Source: Deltaproteobacteria bacterium (GTDB lineage Bacteria; Desulfobacterota; Desulfobulbia; Desulfobulbales; Desulfobulbaceae). From it: 24,000 nt of DNA. Under the pieces are notes generated by a model, which saw only the letters and a list, made by a program, of their open reading frames with translations, did no database searches and was not told the origin of the DNA. Shown in pieces: positions 1 to 8,717 of the stretch (position 1 is the stretch's first letter; each line of letters begins with the position of its first letter). Both the position numbers and the translations under genes were made by a program. Where the stretch lies: NCBI GenBank assembly GCA_024280455.1, contig JAJRQC010000003.1:22149-46148 (forward strand). The letters run 5' to 3'.

Positions 1-1011
1 ACCAGCCGGGCGGCGGCAACACTCATGGCCGCCATGCCCGAGGCACTGGCCGCAACTACAAAGGTCTGCGCGTCGATAAATGTCGGCTCCAGCAAATACG
101 GCATCAATATGGATGCGGTGGCAACCATGGGCCGGGTGATCAAGGAGCTGGCCGAAGACAGCGCCGACAGCGGAGGATTCGGGGCCGCCCGTCTGGTGGT
201 GTTCACCAACCAGCCCGAGGCCAACCCGTTCATGGCCGGGGCCATCCACGGTCCCGGTCAGCACGAAGTTGTTATCAATGTCGGGGTCAGCGGCCCCGGG
301 GTTGTCGCCCGGGCCCTGGAACGCAAACTTGCCGAAACCACAGCTTCTCCCGGCCTGCATGAACTGGCGGAGGTCATCAAACAGACCGCCTTTCGAGTGA
401 CCCGGTGTGGTGAACTCATCGGCCGGCAGGTTTCTGCTGCTCTGGATCTTCCGTTCGGCATCGTCGATGTATCCCTTGCCCCTACGCCCAAGGTCGGTGA
501 TTCCGTGGGCGAAATTCTTAAAATCATGGGGGTCGACAGTATCGGTGCTCCCGGCTCCACTGCAATTGTCGCCCTGCTCAATGACGCGGTCAAGAAAGGC
601 GGCACCTTTGCCAGTCAGAGTGCCGGTGGTTTATCCGGGGCCTTTATTCCTGTCTGTGAAGATGCCGAGCTTGCTGAGGCGGTTAAAAACAACACCCTGC
701 CCCTGGAAAAACTTGAGGCCATGACCTCGGTCTGCTCAGTCGGTCTGGATATGGTTGCTGTTCCCGGATCGGTGGATGCCACCACCATCGGTGCCATTAT
801 TGCCGACGAGATGGCTATCGGCATGATCAACCATAAAACCACGGCCGTTCGAATAATTCCGGTTCCAGGCAAGGAGGCTGGAGATTTTGTCTCCTTTGGC
901 GGCCTCTTTGGAGAGTCCTCTATTCTGCCGGTGAGAAATGTCGGCAAATCCGCCCGATTCATGGGATTCGGCGGCAAAATTCCCGCTCCGATCAACAGTC
1001 TGAAAAATTAG
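1..1011 (+). CDS. UPF0210 / DUF711 family protein (5'-truncated by window edge)
   Basis: Frame 1 is open from nt 1, so the true start lies upstream; the ATG at 25 is internal. Conserved blocks as I recall them for UPF0210 proteins: [100 protein letters not shown]. Stop TAG at 1009-1011. Confidence 0.85.
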   Translation, partial: TSRAAATLMAAMPEALAATTKVCASINVGSSKYGINMDAVATMGRVIKELAEDSADSGGFGAARLVVFTNQPEANPFMAGAIHGPGQHEVVINVGVSGPGVVARALERKLAETTASPGLHELAEVIKQTAFRVTRCGELIGRQVSAALDLPFGIVDVSLAPTPKVGDSVGEILKIMGVDSIGAPGSTAIVALLNDAVKKGGTFASQSAGGLSGAFIPVCEDAELAEAVKNNTLPLEKLEAMTSVCSVGLDMVAVPGSVDATTIGAIIADEMAIGMINHKTTAVRIIPVPGKEAGDFVSFGGLFGESSILPVRNVGKSARFMGFGGKIPAPINSLKN

Positions 1012-1015
1012 CACT

Positions 1016-2077
1016 ATGACCCAACAACAGACCGTTCTGGTTGTCGAGGATTCGCCGGTCAACCGTAAAATTCTTGCTCAACTGCTCATCAGGCAGGGAT
1101 ATGATGTTCTGACTGCCGATTCCGGTGAAGCAGCCCTTGCTCAGGTACAAGAAACCCTGCCCGACCTGATCATTCTTGACATTCTGATGCCTGGAATGAA
1201 TGGCTATGCCACCTGTAAACAATTAAAGACGGCTCGTGCCACCTGCGACATCCCGGTTATTTTTATCAGTTCTCTTGATGCCACCGCCGATAAAATCGAT
1301 GGCTTTGCGGCCGGCGGGGTTGATTATATAACCAAACCTTTCCAGCCGGCCGAGGTCCTGGCACGAATTACCACTCACCTCCGGCTCTGCCGCCTGCAGC
1401 ACAAGCTTGAAGAGCAGAACCGGCAGATGGAGGCCGAAAAACAAAAATCAGAGGCCCTGCTCCGCAATGTCCTGCCCGCACGTGTTGCCAGGGAATTGCT
1501 GGCAACAGGAACCTGCAAGCCTCAGCTCTTTACAGAGACCACGGTCTGCTTTACGGATATTGTCGGTTTCACCCCTGCTTCTTCGCGGCTTTCCCCCGAG
1601 GTCATAATTCATGAACTCAATGAAATATTCACATCCTTTGACCGGATAACCCTGCACAATCACTGTGAACGGATGAAGACCATCGGTGATGCCTATCTTT
1701 TTGTCTGCGGGGTACCGGAACCGGACCCTCTGCACGCGCAAAATGTCGCCCAGGCAGCCTTGGAGATGATCGAATTTCTTTGTAAAAGAAACCTGGAAGC
1801 GAAACATAGCTGGCAGATCAGGGTCGGAATTCACAGCGGCCCCCTGGTCGGCGGCGTAGTCGGGACTGAAAAATATCTCTATGACATTTTCGGCGACACG
1901 GTTAATATTGCCGCTCGCATGGAGGAACTGAGTCAGCCCATGCAGGTGAATGTCTCAAGTTCCACCCAGGCCCTGTTAAAAGACTCTTTTTTACTCGCTG
2001 AAGGAAAAGAGGTTGAGATGAAAGGAAAGGGGAGGCAGATCATGTACAACGTAGTTAAAAAACAAGAGCATGTTTGA
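1016..2077 (+). CDS. Response regulator receiver domain fused to class III adenylate cyclase (CHD) domain
   Basis: N-terminal REC motifs (VLVVEDSP, DLIILDILMPGMNG, ITKPF), then a coiled linker. The cyclase core has FTDIVGFT and KTIGDAYL (metal Asp residues) and YDIFGDTVNIAARME. The Lys in MKTIGD and the Asp in YDIFG are the ATP-specifying pair known from class III cyclases. Confidence 0.85.
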   Translation: MTQQQTVLVVEDSPVNRKILAQLLIRQGYDVLTADSGEAALAQVQETLPDLIILDILMPGMNGYATCKQLKTARATCDIPVIFISSLDATADKIDGFAAGGVDYITKPFQPAEVLARITTHLRLCRLQHKLEEQNRQMEAEKQKSEALLRNVLPARVARELLATGTCKPQLFTETTVCFTDIVGFTPASSRLSPEVIIHELNEIFTSFDRITLHNHCERMKTIGDAYLFVCGVPEPDPLHAQNVAQAALEMIEFLCKRNLEAKHSWQIRVGIHSGPLVGGVVGTEKYLYDIFGDTVNIAARMEELSQPMQVNVSSSTQALLKDSFLLAEGKEVEMKGKGRQIMYNVVKKQEHV

Positions 2078-2693
2078 ACCACAGCAACTTTTCTTTTTTA
2101 TACTGGCAACCCTGCTACTGAATATCACACCGGGCCAGGATACCATGTATATCATCGGCCGGACCCTGACCCAGGGTAAAAAGGCCGGTATTATCTCTGT
2201 TCTCGGTATCAGTGCAGGCGTCCTCTGTCATACGATTTTTGCAGCTCTGGGTCTTGCCCTGCTCCTGAGAACCCAACCGGTACTATACGGATTTATCAAA
2301 ACCGTGGGCGCCCTGTACCTCATCTACTTCGGGGTACGAATGATCGCATCGGCCCGGCATCTCAAGCAGCATCCGCTTGAACTGCCCAGGTCCTCAAACA
2401 GGAGGCTGTTTGTCGAAGGTTTCCTCACCAACCTGTTGAACCCCAAGGTCGCCCTGTTTTTCATCACCTTTCTGCCCCAGTTCATTCCGGCCGGGACAGA
2501 AGGACCGCTGCCCTTTCTCCTGCTCGGGCAGCTGTTTATTCTGTGCTCTCTTCCCTGGTGCCTGACCCTGGTCTACCTGGCCTCTTCGGCAGCAGGATTT
2601 CTCAAAAACAGTCCTCACTCTCAACAGGTTATCCACAGAATCAGTGGTTTGGCTTTCATAGGCATGGGAACGGCCATCGCCCTGCAGGGATAG
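2070..2693 (+). CDS. LysE/RhtB family amino-acid efflux translocator
   Basis: 207 aa with about 6 hydrophobic helices. N-terminal NITPGQDTMYII and central FLTNLLNPKVALFF motifs are typical of the LysE/RhtB family. Its ATG overlaps the upstream stop by 8 nt (translational coupling). Confidence 0.8.
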   Translation: MFEPQQLFFFILATLLLNITPGQDTMYIIGRTLTQGKKAGIISVLGISAGVLCHTIFAALGLALLLRTQPVLYGFIKTVGALYLIYFGVRMIASARHLKQHPLELPRSSNRRLFVEGFLTNLLNPKVALFFITFLPQFIPAGTEGPLPFLLLGQLFILCSLPWCLTLVYLASSAAGFLKNSPHSQQVIHRISGLAFIGMGTAIALQG

Positions 2694-2715
2694 AACGCTC
2701 AAAAAGGAGATGACC

Positions 2716-3957
2716 ATGAAGGGCTTTTTTCAACTGATCAGCTCGGCCGACTTTCTAGAACTCTTTTCCCGGTTCTCAGCCTTAGACCAGGAAACCGTCC
2801 CGGTTACGGAAGCCCTTGGCCGTGTTCCTGCAGGTGCAGGCATAACGGCCGGTGAACAGTTACCGCCCTTTTCCCGCTCTACCATGGACGGCTTTGCGGT
2901 CCGGGCCCGTGACACCTTCGGCTGTTCGGAGTCCGAACCGGCCCTGCTTGAGATTGTCGGCGAAATCGCCATGGGCAGTGCAGGAACCGCCTTCACCTTA
3001 AAACCCGGACAGGCTGTTCGTATCTGGACCGGGGGGGAACTGCCTAAAAAAGGCGACGGCGTAGTCATGGTCGAATATACCCACCTCATGGATGAACAGA
3101 CCGTTGAGATTTGCCGACCCGTGGCCCCGGGTGAAAATGTGATTCGCGCCGGAGAAGACTTTGAACCGGACTCGGAAATTCTGCCTGAAAAAAGGCCCCT
3201 GCGACCCCAGGATCTCGGTGTACTCTCCGGTCTGGGTAAAACCGAACTCACCGTCCATAAACAGCCCCGGGTCGGCATTATATCAACCGGCGACGAGCTG
3301 GTTCCACCGGACCAGCCCCTTGGACCGGGCAAGATCAGGGATATCAACTCCACCACCCTGGCTGCTCTTGTCACCGAGGCCGGTGGCATTGCCCGTTGTT
3401 ACGGCATTATTGAAGATGACCTGGAACGGATGCTTGCGGTCTGTGAAGCCGCATTACAGGAAAATGATATACTGCTGCTCTCCGGCGGCAGCTCGGTTGG
3501 CCGCAGGGATTTCACCCTGCAGGTCCTTGAAGGTCTTCAGGGCAGCGAACTGCTGGCCCATGGGGTGGCCATCCGGCCCGGCAAGCCAACCCTGCTTGCG
3601 GCCAGGGGCAACAGGGCCGTTTTCGGCCTGCCCGGGCATGTGGCCTCGGCCATGGTGGTTTTTTATCTCTTTGTCCGTCCCCTTATCCGTCAATTCTCAG
3701 GTCTTGGCCCGACCCTGGGCCTGCAGAAAATTACAGCTCTCACAGCAGAACAGATCCCCTCAACCATTGGCCGGGAGGAGTACGTCCGGGTCAGCCTGAA
3801 ATCCGGCCGGGAAAACGATCCGCCCCTGGCAACACCTGTCTACGGCAGGTCGGGACTTTTGAGCCCACTGGTCCGGGCTGACGGTTTACTGGTGATCGGC
3901 CGTGATGTTAAGGGACTTGATAAGGGCGCCCGGGCCGGGGTTCTCCTCTTTCCGTAA
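2716..3957 (+). CDS. moeA: Molybdopterin molybdotransferase MoeA
   Basis: MoeA hallmarks: PPFSRSTMDGFAVRA, GEDF, a MoCF-biosynthesis core (ISTGDELV, IRDINS, LLSGGSSVGRRD, VAIRPGKP) and a MoeA_C tail (GLLSPLVRADGLLVI). AGGAG at 2705-2709 favours the ATG at 2716. The ORF-track start at 2710 is the alternative. Confidence 0.85.
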   Translation: MKGFFQLISSADFLELFSRFSALDQETVPVTEALGRVPAGAGITAGEQLPPFSRSTMDGFAVRARDTFGCSESEPALLEIVGEIAMGSAGTAFTLKPGQAVRIWTGGELPKKGDGVVMVEYTHLMDEQTVEICRPVAPGENVIRAGEDFEPDSEILPEKRPLRPQDLGVLSGLGKTELTVHKQPRVGIISTGDELVPPDQPLGPGKIRDINSTTLAALVTEAGGIARCYGIIEDDLERMLAVCEAALQENDILLLSGGSSVGRRDFTLQVLEGLQGSELLAHGVAIRPGKPTLLAARGNRAVFGLPGHVASAMVVFYLFVRPLIRQFSGLGPTLGLQKITALTAEQIPSTIGREEYVRVSLKSGRENDPPLATPVYGRSGLLSPLVRADGLLVIGRDVKGLDKGARAGVLLFP

Positions 3958-3975
3958 CATCGTTATCCCGGATCT

Positions 3976-4155
3976 ATGGACATACGCATACGAAAGGCAA
4001 CGACTGATGACTTCAAGACGATCTGGCCGATTTTCCAGGCCATTGTATCAGCCGGTGAAACCTACCCCTACGCGACCACAACAACACAAGAGCAGGGAGA
4101 ACAGATCTGGATGAACAGCTATTACAACAACTCATCCCCGCCGGCTGACCTATGA
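3976..4155 (+). pseudogene. 59-codon ORF resembling only the N-terminus of a GNAT N-acetyltransferase (probable gene remnant)
   Basis: My own translation, below the ORF-track size cutoff: MDIRIRKATTDDFKTIWPIFQAIVSAGETYPYATTTTQEQGEQIWMNSYYNNSSPPADL*. The pattern IR-A-x-DD-x-IWPIF-x-V-x-GETY...E-x-IWM is the beta1-alpha1-alpha2 start of many GNAT proteins. The acetyl-CoA-binding core is absent. Its stop overlaps the next ATG (ATGA at 4152-4155). Confidence 0.45.
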
Positions 4156-6079
4156 AACGAAAAATATACCTTAAGATGCAGTCAAGAGCAGAGGCACAGC
4201 GCCTCTTCTGGTCCCGTTTTCAGGACCGACTCACGGAATCAGAAGATATTCCCAGCCGGGAGGCGGTCGGTCGGATCACGGCTGAACCGGTGCGGGCAAA
4301 ACTGTCTTCGCCCTCTTTTCATTCCGCAGCCATGGACGGGCTGGCTGTCGTGGCTGCAGATACCTTCGGTGCGGCCGATGATAACCCACTCACCCTGGAT
4401 ATCGGTTCAGGTCAGGCGGTGATGATCAACACCGGTCACCCCCTGCCCGAAGACAAGGATGCGGTGATCATGATCGAAAACGTATTGCTGTCCGAAGACG
4501 ATTCAAAAGGTGTGATCCGGTCCCCGGTCTACCCCTGGCAGCATGTCCGCAAGGTAGGCGAGGATATTGTCGCCACCGAGCTGCTCTTTCCCTCCAATCA
4601 TACAATCATGCCGCCGGATGTGGCGGCCTTACTCACTGCCGGATGCCCGAACGTCCGGGTCCGGAAACAACCAAAGGTCACCATTATTCCCACCGGCAGT
4701 GAGCTGGTTGATCTTGATGCAGACGGCACCCCACCGCCTCCGGGCAAGACCATTGAATCCACCTCTGCAGTGCTGGCGGCACTTGCTGAAAGCTGCGGAG
4801 CCCGGGCCACCATTACCCCGATTATCGTTGATGATTTCGACAACATAAAAAAACACCTGCTGGCAGCCGTCCAGTCCGACACCGACATGGTCATTATCAA
4901 CGCCGGATCGTCCGCCGGCAGCGCCGACTACACGGTTCAGGTCATTGAAGAGCTGGGCGAGGTCCTGGTCCACGGGGTCACTATCATGCCCGGCAAGCCG
5001 ACCATCCTCGGCATCATTGAAGGAAAACCGGTGGTGGGCAATCCGGGCTATCCGGTTTCCGCCATCATCTCCCTGGAACAGTTTGTCCTGCCGCTGCTTG
5101 CCAAAATGCAGGGCATGGATCTGGAAGGTCATCAGAGCATCACCGCCGTTCTGGCTCGGGACCTGCCCTCACGCGGCGGCATCGAAGAGTTCAGGCGCAT
5201 GATCACCGGCAAAAGAGGCGATCACTTTATTACGGTTCCGCTTAAAAAGGGGCCGGTGCCATCACCACTCTGACCCGGGCCAACTCCATGCTCAGGATTG
5301 CCGCGAGTTCCGAGGGTGAGGCCAGGGACAGCCTGGTGGAGGTCGAACTGCTGCGGCCTCTTGCTGATATCAATAAAACTATCCTCTGCACCGGCAGCCA
5401 TGATCTCTGCCTGGATCTGCTCCATGATTTCCTGAAAAAATCAAACCCGGCCTATCCGCTGGCCTCCACCCATGTCGGTTCGCTCGGCGGCATCATGGCC
5501 ATTAAAAACAATATGACCCACATGGCCGGCTCGCACCTGCTCGACCCGAAAACCGGGACCTACAACATCGCGTACCTCAAACGCTATCTTGCCGACCGGG
5601 AAATAACCCTTATCACCCTGGTCCATCGTCAGCAGGGATTCATCATCCAAAAGGGCAACCCCAAACAGATCAAGACCATCAACGATCTGATCCGGGACGA
5701 CATAACCTTCATCAACCGGCAGGCCGGATCAGGGACCCGGGTTCTGCTTGATTATGAGCTCAATAAAAAAAATCTTGATGGTGATGATATCCGGGGCTAT
5801 GACCATGAAGAGTATACCCATATGGCAGTGGCAGTAACCGTTCTTTCCGGCAAGGCCGACGCTGGACTTGGTATTCTAGCTGCGGCCCGGGCCCTAGATC
5901 TGGATTTTATCCCCATCACCGAGGAGCGCTATGACCTGGTTATCCCGACTGAATTTCTTGAACTGCCCATAATTAAACAGGTGCTTGCAATTATTGGGTC
6001 TCAAGAATTTAAAAACAGTGTTGAAGCACTGGGCGGCTACTCCATCCGTGAAACCGGTCAGGTTACAGCTACTGAGTAA
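4152..6079 (+). pseudogene. moeA: MoeA-family molybdopterin molybdotransferase fused to a PBP-like (putative oxyanion-binding) domain; reading frame broken by a 1-nt deficit at 5244-5252
   Basis: ORF-track pieces 4152..5273 (frame 3) and 5288..6079 (frame 2). Frame 3 gives MoeA domains (SPSFHSAAMDGLAV, IIPTGSELV, IINAGSSAGSADY, VTIMPGKP) and ends in junk (PLKKGPVPSPL*). Frame 2, open from 5246, continues with the canonical MoeA_C motif KGAGAITTLTRANSMLRI...VEVELL. It then runs into a PBP_like domain (ILCTGSHD, HVGSLGG, INRQAGSGTR, ADAGLGI). A -1 correction inside CTTAAAAAGGGG restores about 642 aa. Confidence 0.8.
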
Positions 6080-6085
6080 CAGAAT

Positions 6086-6571
6086 ATGGCAGCATTCACA
6101 AAACAACGCAGCCTGCAGGTAGTGATCATCAACCTGCTGCTGGCCCTCTTGTCCGCATCCCCGGCCCTTGCCATCCAGTCACACGGCCCACCTGAAGGAC
6201 TTTATGTCCACCAGATCGGCCATATTCTCTATGGTCTGGCCATGGTCGGGTTTGCTCTCCGCATCCGTATCTCCCGGCTGGCCAAAGACAAGGCATGGCG
6301 ATTTATGGCCGTCGGTGCCATCCTGCTTGCCTGCTGGAACGTCTGGGCCATCTTCGCCCATATAGTTGCCAAAAACATTCCCGCCGGTCATTTCCTGCTC
6401 AATGAACAGGGTATTCGAACGGCGCTGGTCATGGACACGCCGGTCAGCTGGTTTTATTACCTCCTGAAAATGGACCACCTCATCTGTGTCCCGGCCCTGG
6501 TGCTCATTTACCTGGCCCTGCGAAGAATGAACAGCAGGGCCTCGGCAACCACGGCCGGGAACACCTTGTAG
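6086..6571 (+). CDS. Hypothetical small integral membrane protein (signal peptide plus about 4 TM helices)
   Basis: 161 aa. N-terminal LLLALLSASPALA-IQ signal-like segment followed by hydrophobic helices. Its stop lies 2 nt before the start of the downstream histidine kinase. No family recognised. Confidence 0.5.
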   Translation: MAAFTKQRSLQVVIINLLLALLSASPALAIQSHGPPEGLYVHQIGHILYGLAMVGFALRIRISRLAKDKAWRFMAVGAILLACWNVWAIFAHIVAKNIPAGHFLLNEQGIRTALVMDTPVSWFYYLLKMDHLICVPALVLIYLALRRMNSRASATTAGNTL

Positions 6572-6573
6572 TC

Positions 6574-7683
6574 ATGACCTTTTCCCTTGCTCCGATATAT
6601 CTGCTTGATATCACCGGCAGTCTGGCCATGCTTATTCTGTCAATACTCTGCATGCAGCAGGCCCTCAAACTCTATTTCAGAGATACCGAAAATCCGCTGT
6701 CCACTTATATCCTCTGGCTTATAAGTGCTCTGTTTTCCTTCTGCCTGCTTCGCTCCCTGGGGCATCTGGTTAAACATTTTCTTCTTTTTTCCGGTCATGC
6801 AGAAATCTGGGCCCAAATCTCCCCGTTCGGCGGCGGCCTGATCACGGTGACCTTTGTGGTCATCTTTGCCGCCACCCTGTTTTTCAGGAACATGCTGGTG
6901 ATCATGAACCGGATGAGCAGTGACCGGCACAGGATTGAACAGACCGGTTCTCAGCTTCTAGAGCTCAACCGAGACATTGAATCCGTGGTCAGTGATCGAA
7001 CCCGGGCTGAATTCACCCTGCAGCTGGCCCATGAAATCCGCAACCCGGTTACGGGCATCGCCGGGCTGTTGCGTCGCATGTCCTGCCTGGAAAAAGATAA
7101 AGAACAAAACCAGAGATACCGTGAGGCCATTCTCGACCAGACAAAAAAGCTTGAAGCCATTGTCTTTCGTTTTGAGGAACTGCAGACGGAAGCTCAAGAA
7201 CATTTTTCGGTCATTGACATCAATTCCCTGGTCAGGGACGGGGTGGAGATCATCCGGCCGGAGGCCGAGATCAAAGGCATCCGTTTCAGTTCACAGCTGG
7301 AGAAAACCAGACTGGTCTGTCAGGGAAATGCCCGCTACCTGAAAGTGGCCCTGCTTCACATTCTGCGCAATGCTCTAGAGGCCTGCCGCGAAGGCAACCA
7401 TATCCAGATATCAACCATCCGAATTCCCGAAGGTGCCGTCATTCGTGTGTATGATGACGGGCCTGGAATCCCGACCGAGGTTCTCAAACATATCTTTGAA
7501 CCCTTTTACAGCACCAAGGATGGCTCCACCGGCCTCGGCCTCCCCTATGTCCGACAAATCATCCAGGAACACCGGGGCGACATGCGCATCAACTCCTCAT
7601 TCGGCCATGGCTGTACGGTTGAAATCATCCTGCCTACTCACCTGAGTGAACTTAAACACAACACAGGAGCGGACCGAATATAA
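6574..7683 (+). CDS. Membrane-bound sensor histidine kinase (HisKA + HATPase_c)
   Basis: About 4 N-terminal TM helices. H-box LAHEIRNPVTGIAGL, N-box LLHILRNALEA, G1 VYDDGPGIP, G2 GLGLPYVRQII. Confidence 0.85.
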   Translation: MTFSLAPIYLLDITGSLAMLILSILCMQQALKLYFRDTENPLSTYILWLISALFSFCLLRSLGHLVKHFLLFSGHAEIWAQISPFGGGLITVTFVVIFAATLFFRNMLVIMNRMSSDRHRIEQTGSQLLELNRDIESVVSDRTRAEFTLQLAHEIRNPVTGIAGLLRRMSCLEKDKEQNQRYREAILDQTKKLEAIVFRFEELQTEAQEHFSVIDINSLVRDGVEIIRPEAEIKGIRFSSQLEKTRLVCQGNARYLKVALLHILRNALEACREGNHIQISTIRIPEGAVIRVYDDGPGIPTEVLKHIFEPFYSTKDGSTGLGLPYVRQIIQEHRGDMRINSSFGHGCTVEIILPTHLSELKHNTGADRI

Positions 7684-7701
7684 AAAAAAATCGGACCACC
7701 T

Positions 7702-8481
7702 TCAGGCTCCATCACGGATAATCCGCTCCGGGGCATGAAAAACATTAACCCGGTCCGGCCGGGCATAGGCAGCCAGCGTCACCCCGGCCCTGCGGGCGAT
7801 GGCAAGGCCAAGTGATGAAGGGGCTGTCCGAGACATGACTATCGGAATCCCGATCCGGGCACACTTGAGCACCATATCCGAAGTCAGACGGCCGGTTGTG
7901 TAGATTGCCCCACGAGCGGTAATTTTCCCCAGCAGAATGGCACCGATCACTTTGTCCACTGCATTGTGGCGTCCAACATCCTCATAATGGGCCTGTAATT
8001 TTCCATCGGCCCAGAATCCGCAACCGTGTACACAGTGGGTCTGCCCACCTAGTGGGGAGTACTGCAGAACCTCACGGATAAAACGTCGTATCTCATCAAA
8101 GGTGATTGTACACTCTTTAAGGGGATCAAAGGCTCCTTCCAGCATCTCCCGGGAGATCCTGCCGGTCCCGCCACATCCCGAGGTGATGATAACCTCTTTG
8201 GGTTCATCCTCCTCGTCGACATCGGCATGGACGGAGATCCGGCCTTCAGGGCAGACCAGTACTTACCGTACCTGTCCGGGTTCGGTGACATAGCCCTGGC
8301 CAAAGAGAAAGCCGGCCCCAAACTCCTCGAGTCCGGTTGCAAGGACCATGGATGTCCCGATATCCTGACCGTTGAGGGCAACCGTATAGGGAACCTCAAT
8401 CGCCACAATCTCTTGTTCTTCCCGGTGCCCGTCCGGGGTTATGACCACTGTTTTTTGAACCAGGGTGACTGGATTTTCCAT
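7702..8481 (-). pseudogene. fdhD: Formate dehydrogenase accessory sulfurtransferase FdhD, interrupted by an in-frame TAA (complement of 8263-8265)
   Basis: ORF-track pieces 8263..8481 (N-terminus: EVPYTVALNG...LATGLEEFGAGFLFGQGYV) and 7702..8145 (C-terminus: GQTHCVHGCG, EDVGRHNAVDKVIG, TGRLTSDMVLKCARIGIPIV, APSSLGLAIA). The pieces are in the same frame (8265-8145 = 120 nt). The 39 codons between them also read as FdhD: VLVCPEGRISVHADV...ITSGCGGTGRISRE. Total length is 260 codons, a normal FdhD size. Confidence 0.8.
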
Positions 8482-8717
8482 AGTATTTTTTATTTGTTCC
8501 GACCTCAGATTGTACGCTCTCCTCTCTCCGGTCCCATCTGTTTAAGAGATCCCGGAAAAGACTTATGGGACAACGATTGAACAATTTGCACAAACAATCT
8601 GAATCAACACGGTTTCATGTTGTTTTTTGCTTGTTTTTTCTCATGGCAGGTATACACTGAGCAGACAGTGAATAAAAGGGGAACTTCGCAAGATAATATA
8701 CATTCCTATTCCAGGCG

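Noticed and set aside
6520-6580. Whether the 161-aa membrane protein and the histidine kinase are another frameshift-split single gene.
   Set aside because: Extending the kinase frame upstream gives a non-protein-like sequence (PGAHLPGPAKNEQQGLGNHGREHLVV). The upstream ORF ends cleanly 2 nt before the kinase ATG. This is consistent with two coupled genes.
8263-8265. The in-frame TAA of fdhD as a recoding event, by analogy with the UGA in fdhA.
   Set aside because: Sec uses UGA and Pyl uses UAG. UAA is not a known recoded codon in bacteria using the standard code. Many other genes in the window (HK, TorD-like, Gate) terminate at TAA normally. A nonsense mutation or a base-call error is the sensible reading.
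8644-8659. Sigma-54-like element TGGCAGGTATACACTG upstream of the polyferredoxin gene.
   Set aside because: The GG is present, but the GC dinucleotide expected 10 nt downstream (TGGCAC-N5-TTGC) is not at the correct spacing.
8482-8717. Possible Moco riboswitch or other leader RNA in the fdhD/polyferredoxin divergent region, and likewise in 11227-11676 upstream of the fdh operon.
   Set aside because: I looked on both strands for the conserved Moco-motif blocks as far as I remember them. I found only vague resemblances (for example CTCTCCGGTCCC). I cannot verify a match without a covariance-model scan (Rfam RF01055), so no call is made.
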